From: Bacteroidales bacterium
Lineage (GTDB): Bacteria > Bacteroidota > Bacteroidia > Bacteroidales > VadinHA17
Length of the DNA: 64,000 bases
NCBI GenBank assembly: GCA_035527935.1
Contig: DATKZO010000048.1
Span: 58,690-122,689 of the forward strand
Direction: 5' to 3'
Shown here: positions 44,571 through 54,916 of the stretch, one piece after another
How the letters are laid out: each line of letters starts with the position of its first letter
Numbering within the stretch: position 1 is the first letter of the stretch
Position numbers and translations under genes: made by a program
The notes under the pieces: generated by a model
Seen by the model: the letters and a program-made list of their open reading frames with translations, nothing else
Told to the model about the DNA's origin: nothing
Database searches by the model: none

Positions 44571-44779
44571 ATTATTACTTCCCGGAATGTCACCGGAGCC
44601 CCCCCCCTGAGAAAACCGGTCACTTTCCGCTTACCGTATCCTTTTCCTTTTTCCAGCAGCCCGGAATCCCGGGTATGCAGTCTCCTCTCCTTGCCATCTA
44701 AGATTACGAATACAGTAGACCTGCACCAGGGCCAGCAAAATCATAAAAATCTTCCTTTTCCTCTGTCAGTATTTATTAA

Positions 44780-47700
44780 TTACCTTTTTTCTCTTAGGTG
44801 CTGCAGTACTATTTTGTTTAAAAGTGTCAGGTCATCAATTGGTGCCGAAGGCTCCCATGGTTCGGTTCTTACCGGATCAATCCTCTCCTCGGAACATCGG
44901 GTAGCCAGTTCATAGTCTCTTTCATAAATAGCAAGGGCCCAATTAGCTAATCTATTGTCCGTTGAATTTCCGATCCATGATCTGAAAAGCTGATCAGCAT
45001 CGTCATTCCGATTCAGTTCCCTGAGCGACAACACTTTAAGAATGTTCAGAGAATTTGGGCCACCTCTTTTATCATCTGTCTCTTCAACAATCTTCTCGTA
45101 GATGCTCTTTGCTTCGTCAAATTTATCCTCTCTAATCAGTATCAAAGCATTCATAAAGTCAGTTAGTCTTTCATCAACTTCGTATGGCCTTCCAACTCCA
45201 AGGTTTTCCGGCCAGGAATATGCCGCATCAATAAACCTCCTTGCATCTTCAATCTCGTTGAGCCTGTATTTGTCAAGTGAGGCCAGCAGGTTCGCCTTCT
45301 TCCAGACCTCCCGTCCTTGGCTAGCGCCCTCATGAGGTAGAATATTTATTTTGTTCAGCACATCAATTGCTTCATAAAATTTATTACTCAGAAGGAGTGT
45401 ATACGCATGATCAAAGGCAGTAATGTAATTGTTCATATCAAGTTCATATGCCTGCGCTGAAAGCTCCAAAGCTCTGGAATGGAATCCCAGGGAGTTATAA
45501 TAATTTACCAGTTTGTGATAGCTCCTCCACTGTTTTTTGTCTTTGCAGAGCGCCTCCCTGTAATCCCTTTCCGCTGCAACTGAGTCAATAGTTGTATAAA
45601 GATCCCCCCTTGTGAGATAGAAAAAATATTCATCAGGCTGAGCGCCAACATCATCAAGTAATTGCCTGGCATCTTCAATTCTGTTCCTGTTCAAATAGAT
45701 CAGAGAAAGGTAATACTGGTTTTTCCAGTGGTATATTTGATCCTGTGCCCATTTAAGAATTTGCTCTGATTCAAACCTGAACGGGAATACGAAGTCGATA
45801 TCAGCCCTAATCGCATTTTCAAGATAGCTCCTTGACATATTTGTTTCAGAAAGTTTGTCGGCAATGAATGCCCTGTAATAATTTACCAGTGCATGATCAG
45901 GGGATAATCTCAGCGCCATGTCAGCTTCCCAATAAAGTCCGGCGTTCATATACCATGTTGCAAGCTCAATGTATGTTTGAAATGGAAATTCATTGGTTAT
46001 ATATTTCCTGAATTCTTCACTATCATTTTCCCTCATTGAATGAAGATACTTTTCAAATCTGGCAAAATGATTAAGCGGATCAGTTGAAAGAAGTCTTGAG
46101 GCCCTGTCAAGGAATAGGGAATCCTGCCTCAGTTTCCTTAGATACACAAGCTCAAGTTTACCTATTTCAGGATGATCGTTGCCATATACAAGGTAATAAT
46201 TAAGATAGTCCCATCCTTCATTCAGATTCTCATCCCTCAACCCAATAATTCCCAGCCTGCATATAGCCGCATTCCTGAATTTGTCATATTTTAAAGCCAC
46301 ACCATAGGCATCACGGGCATTTTTAAGATCCCCTACTCTTTCATAAAGCGCCCCCGAAAGGAAATTGGCTTCCGGGTCATAGGCATCGAAGGAAAGAACA
46401 ATATCCAACAAATCCCTTGCTTTATCATAATTGAGCTTACGAAACTCAATCTGAGCCAATGATGTATAGGCCGGGATAAAATTCCTGTCCTTTTCAATAC
46501 ACCTTCGTAGCCAAATCTCTGATCTTGAAAATTCTCGTTGTCTCAGATACTCAACACCCATAAAATACAGCCCATATACTGATTCCCACTCAAAATCAAA
46601 AGATTCGGATGGTCGGTCCAGAACAATATCTTCCGCCACATCACTTCTTAACACAAGTTCTCCTCCCCGCAGTACTGCTGAGAGTCCAATCACACTCTCG
46701 CCTGCATAAATTGTCTTGGTTTCCAGCGGCACCAATGATATCGGAACAGATTTTTTGAAAACACCGTATGTATATATATCCAGGGTATCCTTCCGGCGGA
46801 CCAGTGGACAGAGTTTTAACAATACAGAATCTCCAACCATTATTATATTTCCCACTGCATAGGGCGAAATTGAATTAACACCGGATGTAGAGTTAAACGG
46901 AAACCATATTTCACTGAAGTTTTGAACTGAACCTGGCGTGAATTCCATGTGCTTGAACGGACTGAAAGTACTGCCTGATCCTGCCTGATTAAATAAAAGT
47001 CCGGTCTGTATTTCAGTATACTGGTGATTACCAAGCAATGAATCTGCAAGGAGATCCTTCCATATAGCTCCTTCCCGTGATAATGCCCACATCCATATCT
47101 TCTTCCCCTGCTTGGCAGGATATCTTGACCAGTGTCCAAAACCATTTTGCTTTCGATTATAATATCCTGCGAACCAATCGGTATACATACCCATCACATG
47201 ATAACTATGATTATTTCCATAATCGTTGTTCCTATAGATTGATATATCCTTCCCTTCACTGTTCACGGGCCATGGGTATGAATTTCCACTGTGGTCGATA
47301 TACATAGTTCCAGGGAAGTAATATTTCAAATCCTCTCCGACATCAGCAGAGGCATTCATCCAATGATAAAGTGAGCTGTTCAATACTGTCGGATTTACCC
47401 ATGATGATCTGGTCTCAAAGTAAGCTCTGTCCGGATAAAGCAGAACCTCTACCCTCCATTCCGTTCTGGAAGCCAGGTCATAAGACCCAAGAAAACATGA
47501 GACTGAACTATCAGGGTTCTGCCTGAAGAAACAATCAACAGGTGTTGCGGTTGTTGGTGCATGTCCGATTGAACCAAAATTTATCTCTATTCCGCCTGAT
47601 GTCCATGCCCCTCTCATAGCAATATCCCTGAATTTAACCGCATTGTTATGGTAAATGAAGTACTCACCGCTGGATTTTTCCTGAGCTCCATATATTTTCC

Positions 47701-47956
47701 CACCGATTTCCGGTGCTATCCATAAACGGATCCATTCGTTTTCAAGCCTGACCATTTTCCAGTCAGCCCTGACTGGTTCGGTTGTGTACCCATCGAACCT
47801 GAAGTAGGGATATATCTTCCCCGGTTTTGCAACCGGATCAGGATCGCTGAACGGATAGGTGATCATTCTACGGATCTCCTCAGATATGGTGGCTGCCTGG
47901 TCATAAGCCAGAATGGAAAGGAACAGACAAATAAAGCTCACAACCGATCTTCTCAT
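44780..47956 (-). CDS. DUF5107 domain plus TPR-repeat protein, secreted
   Basis: About 1058 aa from the ATG at 47956 (MRRSVVSFICLFLSILA). The N-terminus MITYPFSDPDPVAKPGKIYPYFRFDGYT is typical of DUF5107 proteins. The C-terminal half is TPR-like repeats. Confidence 0.75.
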   Translation of the reverse strand: MRRSVVSFICLFLSILAYDQAATISEEIRRMITYPFSDPDPVAKPGKIYPYFRFDGYTTEPVRADWKMVRLENEWIRLWIAPEIGGKIYGAQEKSSGEYFIYHNNAVKFRDIAMRGAWTSGGIEINFGSIGHAPTTATPVDCFFRQNPDSSVSCFLGSYDLASRTEWRVEVLLYPDRAYFETRSSWVNPTVLNSSLYHWMNASADVGEDLKYYFPGTMYIDHSGNSYPWPVNSEGKDISIYRNNDYGNNHSYHVMGMYTDWFAGYYNRKQNGFGHWSRYPAKQGKKIWMWALSREGAIWKDLLADSLLGNHQYTEIQTGLLFNQAGSGSTFSPFKHMEFTPGSVQNFSEIWFPFNSTSGVNSISPYAVGNIIMVGDSVLLKLCPLVRRKDTLDIYTYGVFKKSVPISLVPLETKTIYAGESVIGLSAVLRGGELVLRSDVAEDIVLDRPSESFDFEWESVYGLYFMGVEYLRQREFSRSEIWLRRCIEKDRNFIPAYTSLAQIEFRKLNYDKARDLLDIVLSFDAYDPEANFLSGALYERVGDLKNARDAYGVALKYDKFRNAAICRLGIIGLRDENLNEGWDYLNYYLVYGNDHPEIGKLELVYLRKLRQDSLFLDRASRLLSTDPLNHFARFEKYLHSMRENDSEEFRKYITNEFPFQTYIELATWYMNAGLYWEADMALRLSPDHALVNYYRAFIADKLSETNMSRSYLENAIRADIDFVFPFRFESEQILKWAQDQIYHWKNQYYLSLIYLNRNRIEDARQLLDDVGAQPDEYFFYLTRGDLYTTIDSVAAERDYREALCKDKKQWRSYHKLVNYYNSLGFHSRALELSAQAYELDMNNYITAFDHAYTLLLSNKFYEAIDVLNKINILPHEGASQGREVWKKANLLASLDKYRLNEIEDARRFIDAAYSWPENLGVGRPYEVDERLTDFMNALILIREDKFDEAKSIYEKIVEETDDKRGGPNSLNILKVLSLRELNRNDDADQLFRSWIGNSTDNRLANWALAIYERDYELATRCSEERIDPVRTEPWEPSAPIDDLTLLNKIVLQHLREKR

Positions 47957-47983
47957 AAAGCTGGAGTTTTGAATCAATTATAC

Positions 47984-48008
47984 AAAAAAACCGGGACAAT
48001 GTCCCGGT
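47984..48008 (-). terminator. Rho-independent terminator after the S9 peptidase gene
   Basis: On the minus strand, ACCGGGAC-att-GTCCCGGT (8-bp GC-rich stem) is followed by TTTTTTT, 7 nt after the stop codon. Confidence 0.85.
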
Positions 48009-48014
48009 CGATTG

Positions 48015-50381
48015 TTAGAAATCCATTAGACCCACATTGGTCCTGTAATCGTCTAGCAGATGTTCTGCGAAATAATACCACATCATTCTTTCAAAATAGG
48101 CTGAGTATGGTCCATAGCTATGACTTTGTCCGGGCATGATCATAAAATCAAATCTTTTATTTGCCTTTATTAAGGCGTCAACGACCCTGATCGAATTTCC
48201 GGGATGCACATTGTTATCAATATCTCCATGCACAAGTAATAAATGTCCTTTCAGGTTGCGTGCTATGTCCTGATTATTGGGGATATTTGATTCAAAGGTT
48301 ATAACTTTTTCCTCCTTTTTAACAGTATCCTGTTCCTGGAGGGGATCACCTCTTCTTCCCCTGCCCCTCGTTCCTGCAGAGCTATTGTTTGTACTGCTTT
48401 TCTCAACCTCAGTCACTCCATGGTGTGTCTCACCCCACCATTGGTTGTAAATATTATTATCATGGTTGCCAGATGATGAAACAGCAACATCATAGAAATC
48501 CGGGTGGGATAAAAGAGCGGCAGTAGACATGAAACCACCTCCTGAATGACCATAAATCCCAACTCTGTCAACATCTATGAAATTATATTTATCGGCCAGT
48601 TGTTCAATGCCATACCTGTCATCAGCCAGGGCATAATCCCTGAGATTATCATATCCATAGGTATGATAGTAATGATTTCGCTGTGGGCTACCCCCCCTGT
48701 GGCCAAAGTTTACCACAATAAATCCAAGCTGTGCCAGAGCGGTGGTATACCGGTTATTAACTGAAAAACTGTATGGTACACTTTCAGTTTGGGGTCCAGG
48801 ATACACATAAGATATAACCGGATATTTCTTCGTGGAATCAAAATCAAATGGTTTAACCATAACACCATACAGATCTGTTACCCCATCTTTTGCCTTTACT
48901 ACTATCCTTTCCGGCATCTTCCAGCCCGTAGCGTAAACCTGCGTCAGGTCGGCCTCTTCAAGGTTGAGAATCACATTACCATTATTGTCACGTAAAACCG
49001 ATTTTGGCACAAGATCGACTCTTGAATAGGTATCCACCCAGTAATTATTTGTTTTTGACATTGAAAAAGAATGTGTTGCATCTTCCGAAGTAAGCAGCTT
49101 CATTCCGGGCCGGTCAATTGAAACACGATAGATCATTGTATAGTATGGATGTATGCCATTTTCCCTTCCAAAACCTTCAATATACAGTTCCCTGTTCAGA
49201 GTGTCAATTCCCTGAATACTGCCAGTAACGAAATATCCGTCAGTAATCTGCCTCTTCATATTTCCATTGTCATCATACAGAAATAACTGTCCCCAACCGC
49301 TTCGTTCCGACCACCATATGATATCTTTTCCTTCATTCAGCACCGATAATTGGCCATATCCGTAATTATCGTATATATATGGATATAATTCTTCTCCAAA
49401 CAATACCTCAGTTTCACCGGTATTGGCATTAACCATGCATACTTCCTGTTCTGTAAGATCTCTTTTCTTCCGTAAGATGACCATTTTATCGGCACTTTCC
49501 TGTGATGTCCATTTCACCTGGAGTCTTTGATCTTTCCATTTTTTTATGTCTGCATCAATCCGCTCCCGGGATTCAACATCGAACACAATAAGCTCGAGCT
49601 GAGGAACATTTTCCTCTCCAGGCATTGCATACTTATATGTTTCGAGTTCCGGCCTCGGATCCGCAAGTGAGTTTATGACAAACAGATCACTTACCTTCCG
49701 ACTGTCTGACTTTGTAATATATAGTTTTTCAGAGTTCTTAAACCACCTGGCCCCACTTCTTACTTTTTTATCTTTCGTTGTATCGGATCTTCTGCCTTCA
49801 TAACCCCAGTATAATTCCCCATCAGTAGAAAGCTGTATTTCAACACTATCAGGATCGTTAGTCTTCATTAAAAAGAGATTGTGATTTTTTGCATAGGCTA
49901 TCCATGTACTATCCGGTGAATATGTAGCCCATCCCGGATCTCTGTCCTTTTTAGGTACAGTATCTTTTATTGCAACGATCTTTGAGTTAATATCGTAGGA
50001 AAATCGTATACTGTCAATCTTAAAGGTGAATCTGGTGGTGCTGTTTTTCTCAAATTCAATATCTTCAAGAGGCAGGTCAAGTTCGTTGAAGGGCCTATGA
50101 ATCAGTTTATTTATCTCTGAGGCCATAAACCTTCTGTCGAACATCAATGATTTTGTCCTTGTATCAGCATTCACATAAAAGAAATTCTTGCCATCTGACC
50201 TCTTATAGGAATACCAGAACTTGTTCGATTCATTGATCCAGTTGGCGCTAATCCTGAGATCACCGTATTTTGTTTTCATATTATCAGACTGGAATTTCTC
50301 AGCAGCTTTAAAGTCGGCCTTTTGCCCGTGTGTAACAGAGGCAGCAAAAAACAGAAAAAATATCACCAGGTTGCGTTTCAT
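48015..50381 (-). CDS. S9 family serine peptidase, dipeptidyl-peptidase IV-like (beta-propeller plus alpha/beta hydrolase)
   Basis: 788 aa with a signal peptide. It has the nucleophile elbow GIYGHSGGGFMS, an LLVHGDIDNNVH Asp region and a QSHSY His region. A roughly 30-aa low-complexity insert lies between the Ser and Asp. Confidence 0.85.
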   Translation of the reverse strand: MKRNLVIFFLFFAASVTHGQKADFKAAEKFQSDNMKTKYGDLRISANWINESNKFWYSYKRSDGKNFFYVNADTRTKSLMFDRRFMASEINKLIHRPFNELDLPLEDIEFEKNSTTRFTFKIDSIRFSYDINSKIVAIKDTVPKKDRDPGWATYSPDSTWIAYAKNHNLFLMKTNDPDSVEIQLSTDGELYWGYEGRRSDTTKDKKVRSGARWFKNSEKLYITKSDSRKVSDLFVINSLADPRPELETYKYAMPGEENVPQLELIVFDVESRERIDADIKKWKDQRLQVKWTSQESADKMVILRKKRDLTEQEVCMVNANTGETEVLFGEELYPYIYDNYGYGQLSVLNEGKDIIWWSERSGWGQLFLYDDNGNMKRQITDGYFVTGSIQGIDTLNRELYIEGFGRENGIHPYYTMIYRVSIDRPGMKLLTSEDATHSFSMSKTNNYWVDTYSRVDLVPKSVLRDNNGNVILNLEEADLTQVYATGWKMPERIVVKAKDGVTDLYGVMVKPFDFDSTKKYPVISYVYPGPQTESVPYSFSVNNRYTTALAQLGFIVVNFGHRGGSPQRNHYYHTYGYDNLRDYALADDRYGIEQLADKYNFIDVDRVGIYGHSGGGFMSTAALLSHPDFYDVAVSSSGNHDNNIYNQWWGETHHGVTEVEKSSTNNSSAGTRGRGRRGDPLQEQDTVKKEEKVITFESNIPNNQDIARNLKGHLLLVHGDIDNNVHPGNSIRVVDALIKANKRFDFMIMPGQSHSYGPYSAYFERMMWYYFAEHLLDDYRTNVGLMDF

Positions 50382-50445
50382 AGCTTATAGATTTAAGGTT
50401 ATATCAAAAATAGAAGTTTTTTTGAAAGGCATCTCTAAAATAGTG

Positions 50446-50462
50446 ATGCTGTTAAACAGCAT
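50446..50462. promoter_or_regulatory. 17-bp perfect palindrome ATGCTGTTAAACAGCAT in divergent promoter region
   Basis: Read directly from the sequence. It lies between the S9 peptidase start (50381) and the porin start (50570). Confidence 0.4.
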
Positions 50463-50481
50463 GAATAGAGAAAAAATAATT

Positions 50482-50489
50482 TAGTTTTG
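50482..50489 (+). promoter_or_regulatory. Candidate Bacteroidota -7 promoter box (TAGTTTTG)
   Basis: This matches TAnnTTTG about 80 nt upstream of the porin gene ATG. Confidence 0.3.
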
Positions 50490-50569
50490 CAGCTTATCAT
50501 CCCATTCGGAAGAGAATTTTAGAAGAGAGATAAAACAGATATAAATCATTACCAGGATACCAAATACTG

Positions 50570-51565
50570 ATGCTTATGAAAAGATATATACTCCCTAATT
50601 CTGTTATAGTATTTTTTTTCTTAATCTCATACTCTTACTCACAGGAGTCATACCCTTCAGGCAGTCCCATGGGAAAAATATATGCGAGCTACAAATACCA
50701 GCTAACCGGTGAGCAGGGAGATAATCAGTTCGAAATAGAAAAGGCATTATTAGGTTACACATTTAATATTGACAACAATTTCTCAACTCAAATTGTGATT
50801 GAAATGAAACAAACTCCGGTAGTAGAAGGGGATACAAAGAGATATGTACTGTTGAGGAATGCTCTGATAGCATACAAAAAGGATAAACTTACTGTGACTT
50901 TTGGTCTTTCAGATGGAAGAGGTCACAAAGTCCCCTTTGCATACTGGGGTAAAAGGTATTTATCGAAACCATTCCTGCTCAACTATAAGTACTTGAATAT
51001 AGCTGACCTGGGTATTATTGTCGATTACAGGTTATCTTCCCGTCTCTCCGTTGACGCTGCAATACTTAACGGGGAAGGGCATACAAAAATGGCACTGGAT
51101 AACAAATTGCTGTATGCGGCAGGTGTTACCTTCATCCCGGCTGAAGGGATGGCCATCAGGTTATATTCAGATATTTACTCCAGAGGAGATTCAGTTAAGA
51201 ATACTGTTGCTGCTTTTGCTGGCTACAGGGATGAAAAATTTTCAATTGGCATTGAAGGTGGTTATAAAGCCGATTATGACTGGACTGACAAGCATAACGT
51301 TTACGGGTTCAGCGGATTTGCCGGGTATATGATCTCACAAAAGGTTGAACTTTTCGGCCGGTACGACCGTGTTTCTTCAGTTATTCTTGATGGTGAGACA
51401 AATCCGTGGAACATAGATATGGATGGTTCACATATCATAAGTGGCCTGCAATATATTCATTCACCAAGCATCAAATTCTCCATAAATTATCAGGGCTGGT
51501 TCCCAACAGGTGGATCGGGTGTGAGATGGGACTTCGCCCAGTTGAATACAGAATTCAGGTTCTGA
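50570..51565 (+). CDS. Putative porin / outer membrane beta-barrel protein
   Basis: 331 aa with a signal peptide, alternating strand pattern and a C-terminal LNTEFRF. Confidence 0.65.
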   Translation: MLMKRYILPNSVIVFFFLISYSYSQESYPSGSPMGKIYASYKYQLTGEQGDNQFEIEKALLGYTFNIDNNFSTQIVIEMKQTPVVEGDTKRYVLLRNALIAYKKDKLTVTFGLSDGRGHKVPFAYWGKRYLSKPFLLNYKYLNIADLGIIVDYRLSSRLSVDAAILNGEGHTKMALDNKLLYAAGVTFIPAEGMAIRLYSDIYSRGDSVKNTVAAFAGYRDEKFSIGIEGGYKADYDWTDKHNVYGFSGFAGYMISQKVELFGRYDRVSSVILDGETNPWNIDMDGSHIISGLQYIHSPSIKFSINYQGWFPTGGSGVRWDFAQLNTEFRF

Positions 51566-51568
51566 TTA

Positions 51569-52153
51569 TCAAACTGTAACCTGATCTCTGCCAGAAGCAA
51601 GAGCATTTATGTTCAGTTGCACCACATCATCCCCTTTTCTACCGAATAATTTCCTGATCGCGTTTACCAGGCTTTCGTAGGGTATGTCAACAAAGTGTGA
51701 TGCTGCTCCAACCATAACTATATTCGCTACCTTAATTGATCCTAACTCCCTGGCTATCTTTTCAGCGTCAACAATAACGTTGTTTCTGCAATTTCTAATT
51801 TCATCCAGGACCAATGAAATATCAGGATAATCAGGGATATTAATGAACGGATTACTGTTCGTTACCAGCCAGCCATCCTCTGCAAGCCATGGAAGGTATC
51901 GCAGCGACTCCATGGGTTCAACTGATAGTATTAACCCTGCTCCTCCATAAGGAATAAGATCAGATGATATTTCACTGTCAGACAATCGCAGGTGCGATTG
52001 AACATCCCCTCCTCGTTGGCTCATGCCATGTACCTCAGCCTGTTTAATATTCAGTCCGTTCTCAACAGCAGCCATACCTATGATTGCCGCGATGGATAAA
52101 ATTCCCTGGCCTCCGACACCTGAAAGTATAATATCGCTTTTCATTTTTGCCAC
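51569..52153 (-). CDS. iorB: Indolepyruvate:ferredoxin oxidoreductase subunit beta
   Basis: 194 aa, with SGVGGQGILSIAAIIG and HGMSQRGG motifs of the 2-oxoacid:ferredoxin oxidoreductase gamma-type domain. It is directly downstream of iorA. Confidence 0.85.
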   Translation of the reverse strand: MAKMKSDIILSGVGGQGILSIAAIIGMAAVENGLNIKQAEVHGMSQRGGDVQSHLRLSDSEISSDLIPYGGAGLILSVEPMESLRYLPWLAEDGWLVTNSNPFINIPDYPDISLVLDEIRNCRNNVIVDAEKIARELGSIKVANIVMVGAASHFVDIPYESLVNAIRKLFGRKGDDVVQLNINALASGRDQVTV

Positions 52154-52154
52154 T

Positions 52155-53756
52155 TTATTTTTTCTTTTCCAGTTTTTTCTTTCGTGTAGCTGTCTGGATG
52201 CATTCTCTACCCGAGATTATTACTGAAACACCACGATATCTGACCTCTTCGTTGATTATTTTAACATTTTCGTCATGGTATTTCCTCAAGGGATTAATAG
52301 CCCTGATATGTCCTTCGTTAACCCCAAGTCCTTTACAGATAGATTCAAGCCTGTCGGTAGCATGCGATTCCTGACCACCGGTCATTCCGGTAGTTGAGTT
52401 ATCCGAGATAATTACAGTAACAGGGGAATCTTTTATAACTGCATCCAGTAGACCGGTCATGCCGGAATGAGTAAAGGTCGAATCACCAATTACTGCTACC
52501 GAAGGGAACAATCCTGCATCGGCCGCCCCTATGGCCATAGTTACAGAGGCACCCATGTCAACACAGGAATATATTGCATTATATGGTGGCAGGGCTCCCA
52601 ATGTATAGCACCCGATATCAGAAAAGACCCTTCCCGGTTCGTATTGATTCATAACTTCGTTCAGGGCGTTATACATATCTGAATGACTGCACCCCTTGCA
52701 AAGCGAAGGAGGGCGATTTTTAACTATGGAAGGTACCGGTTTGCCAAACGTATCAGACAACCCGACAGCCACGGCTACCAAATTGGGATTAAGTTCTCCA
52801 TCCCTCGGAAGGGTTCCGTTTAGTCGCCCATTTACCTTAAGTGGTCCCGCCGGAAATCCCCTTAATAATTCTTCAATAATAGGGTAACCCTCTTCAAGCA
52901 CAAGGATCTCAGCGCATGAATCAGTTATTTTCCTGATCAAGTTTTCATTATAGGGATATCCTGAGATCTTGACTACCGGGTATTCGCATTTCCCTTCCGG
53001 AAGGTTTTCCCTTAAATAGTTATATGCGATACCTGATGCAATTATTCCAAGGCTGGTGTTATCTCCCTCAAAATATTTATTTGCAGCAACCAGCGTACTA
53101 TCATTCATAAGTTCGTCATAAGTACCTAATAAAGCTCTGTATTTTCGACGTGCAATTGCCGGTAAAAGAACAAATTGCCGTGGATCTTCAGGTAATATGA
53201 GCATATTCTGATCTATCTCTTCACGGCGTTCTATAGCACTTCTGGAATGCGCAAGGCGGGTTGTTACCCTCAATAATACCGGCAGTCTGTACTTTTCTGA
53301 AGTATTGAAGGCATCAAAAATCATTTCATAAGCTTCCTGCTGGTTCGAAGGCTCAAAGAGAGGCACAAGCGAAAATCTTGCATAAAACCTTGAGTCCTGT
53401 TCATTCTGTGACGAATGCATAGATGGATCATCAGCTGCAACAACGATTAATCCTCCATTAACACCGGTCAAAGCAGAATTAACAAATGCATCTGCGGCAA
53501 CATTCAATCCTACATGTTTCATTGCCACAATAACCCTTTTACCAGTGTATGACATCCCCAGTGCGGCTTCCAGTGCAGTCTTCTCATTTGCAGACCAGCG
53601 CCGATGGATATTCTTTTCAGCTGCCTCCTTCGAGGCTATGATATATTCCATTATTTCAGTTGATGGGGTACCAGGGTAAGCATACATTCCACTTATCCCG
53701 GCATCTATAGCGGCCTGGGCGATTGCTTCATCACCCAGCAATATTAATTTTTGCAT
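52155..53756 (-). CDS. iorA: Indolepyruvate:ferredoxin oxidoreductase subunit alpha (TPP-binding)
   Basis: It starts MQKLILLGDEAIAQAAIDAG. It has the TPP motif GDSTFTHSG, the cysteine pair CKGCSH and a YPGTPSTEI N-domain. Confidence 0.85.
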   Translation of the reverse strand: MQKLILLGDEAIAQAAIDAGISGMYAYPGTPSTEIMEYIIASKEAAEKNIHRRWSANEKTALEAALGMSYTGKRVIVAMKHVGLNVAADAFVNSALTGVNGGLIVVAADDPSMHSSQNEQDSRFYARFSLVPLFEPSNQQEAYEMIFDAFNTSEKYRLPVLLRVTTRLAHSRSAIERREEIDQNMLILPEDPRQFVLLPAIARRKYRALLGTYDELMNDSTLVAANKYFEGDNTSLGIIASGIAYNYLRENLPEGKCEYPVVKISGYPYNENLIRKITDSCAEILVLEEGYPIIEELLRGFPAGPLKVNGRLNGTLPRDGELNPNLVAVAVGLSDTFGKPVPSIVKNRPPSLCKGCSHSDMYNALNEVMNQYEPGRVFSDIGCYTLGALPPYNAIYSCVDMGASVTMAIGAADAGLFPSVAVIGDSTFTHSGMTGLLDAVIKDSPVTVIISDNSTTGMTGGQESHATDRLESICKGLGVNEGHIRAINPLRKYHDENVKIINEEVRYRGVSVIISGRECIQTATRKKKLEKKK

Positions 53757-53952
53757 ATCATAAATCATTTAAGATTAACTAATTGAATAGAAATTTGATA
53801 TTGCCAACCTGCAGACCGCCAAACATATTCAGATAGCTAACATTGATAGCATTTATATAAAACCTGATACTAGTTCCCAAGCGCATTACTTATGTATTAC
53901 GATACAAATATTATAAAAAGAAAAATTCTTTCCCCTGATTCTTGTCAGCCTT

Positions 53953-54363
53953 TTAGCTGATAATTGTAATTGTAATTCTTCTGCCAGCAGCATGACTCCT
54001 GAATTCGCATAGATAAATACCCTGCCAGGTCCCAAGTTTTAGTCTCCCGTTACTAATCGGTATTGTAACCGACTGGCTAAGAAGAGACGATTTAAGATGA
54101 GCCGGCATATCATCCGGTCCCTCAAAAGCGTGCCTGTAAGAATGGTCCTTCTCAGGAACCAATTTGTTAATAAAAGATTCAAAATCTTCACGTACCGTTG
54201 GGTCTGCATTCTCATTTATGGTCAGAGCTGCCGAGGTATGGTGAAGGAAGATGTTTACCACACCTTTTTCCGGACATGCTGGCATCTGGGCCTCAACCAG
54301 AGCGGTAATAATGTGATAGCCACGATGGAAAACAGGTAATTTCAGTTCAAATTGCTCTACCAT
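53953..54363 (-). CDS. YjbQ / UPF0047 family protein (secondary thiamine-phosphate synthase enzyme)
   Basis: 136 aa, with the family pattern VNIFLHHTSAALTINENADPTVREDFE and GTWQGIYLCEF. Confidence 0.85.
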   Translation of the reverse strand: MVEQFELKLPVFHRGYHIITALVEAQMPACPEKGVVNIFLHHTSAALTINENADPTVREDFESFINKLVPEKDHSYRHAFEGPDDMPAHLKSSLLSQSVTIPISNGRLKLGTWQGIYLCEFRSHAAGRRITITIIS

Positions 54364-54824
54364 CAGATAATATCTTTATTAAATGATACAGGATCATGAG
54401 GGATCAGTCCCCTGATATTTTCGTTTACAAAATCAAATGCAAAATCTTCAATCATGTCACGAACCCCGGCAAAAATCTTTAATTTATCCTCCTCAGTTCC
54501 CTCAGCTATTGCAGGGTCCGGGAATGAATGGTGTAACCTTATAGCGCTTCCAGGGAAATCAGGACAATTTTCTCTGGCCTTATCGCATAATGTAATAATA
54601 TAATCGAAGTTTTTCTCAGATAATTGGTTAATGCCCTTTGAAGTGTGACCGGAAATATCTATGACGGAATCCATCATAACCCTCACAGCATTTAAATCTA
54701 AATCACGAGGTGCAATTCCTGCACTGAATACCTCAACCTGATCGCCTCCATAATACCTTACCCAACCCTCTGCCATCTGACTTCGGCTGCTATTCCCGCT
54801 GCATACAATAAGAACTTTTTTCAT
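54363..54824 (-). CDS. Low-molecular-weight phosphatase family protein, ArsC-like arsenate reductase / protein-tyrosine phosphatase
   Basis: 153 aa. It has the P-loop VLIVCSGNSSRSQMAEG (a Ser sits where many members have a second Cys) and ITLCDKARENCP resembling the Cys82/Cys89 pair of thioredoxin-coupled ArsC. Confidence 0.7.
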   Translation of the reverse strand: MKKVLIVCSGNSSRSQMAEGWVRYYGGDQVEVFSAGIAPRDLDLNAVRVMMDSVIDISGHTSKGINQLSEKNFDYIITLCDKARENCPDFPGSAIRLHHSFPDPAIAEGTEEDKLKIFAGVRDMIEDFAFDFVNENIRGLIPHDPVSFNKDII

Positions 54825-54916
54825 GAAAAATGATATTTATTGATTTGAAATATACCAATTATCTCTGAAATAATAAAGTCGCTATGATACAGTGGTGAAA
54901 TGTAATTTTGACTTAT

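Noticed and set aside
44507-44915. + strand ORFs of 64 and 125 aa downstream of ssb.
   Set aside because: They have no recognisable motif and a Pro/Ser-rich composition. The longer one runs antisense into the 3' end of the DUF5107-TPR gene.
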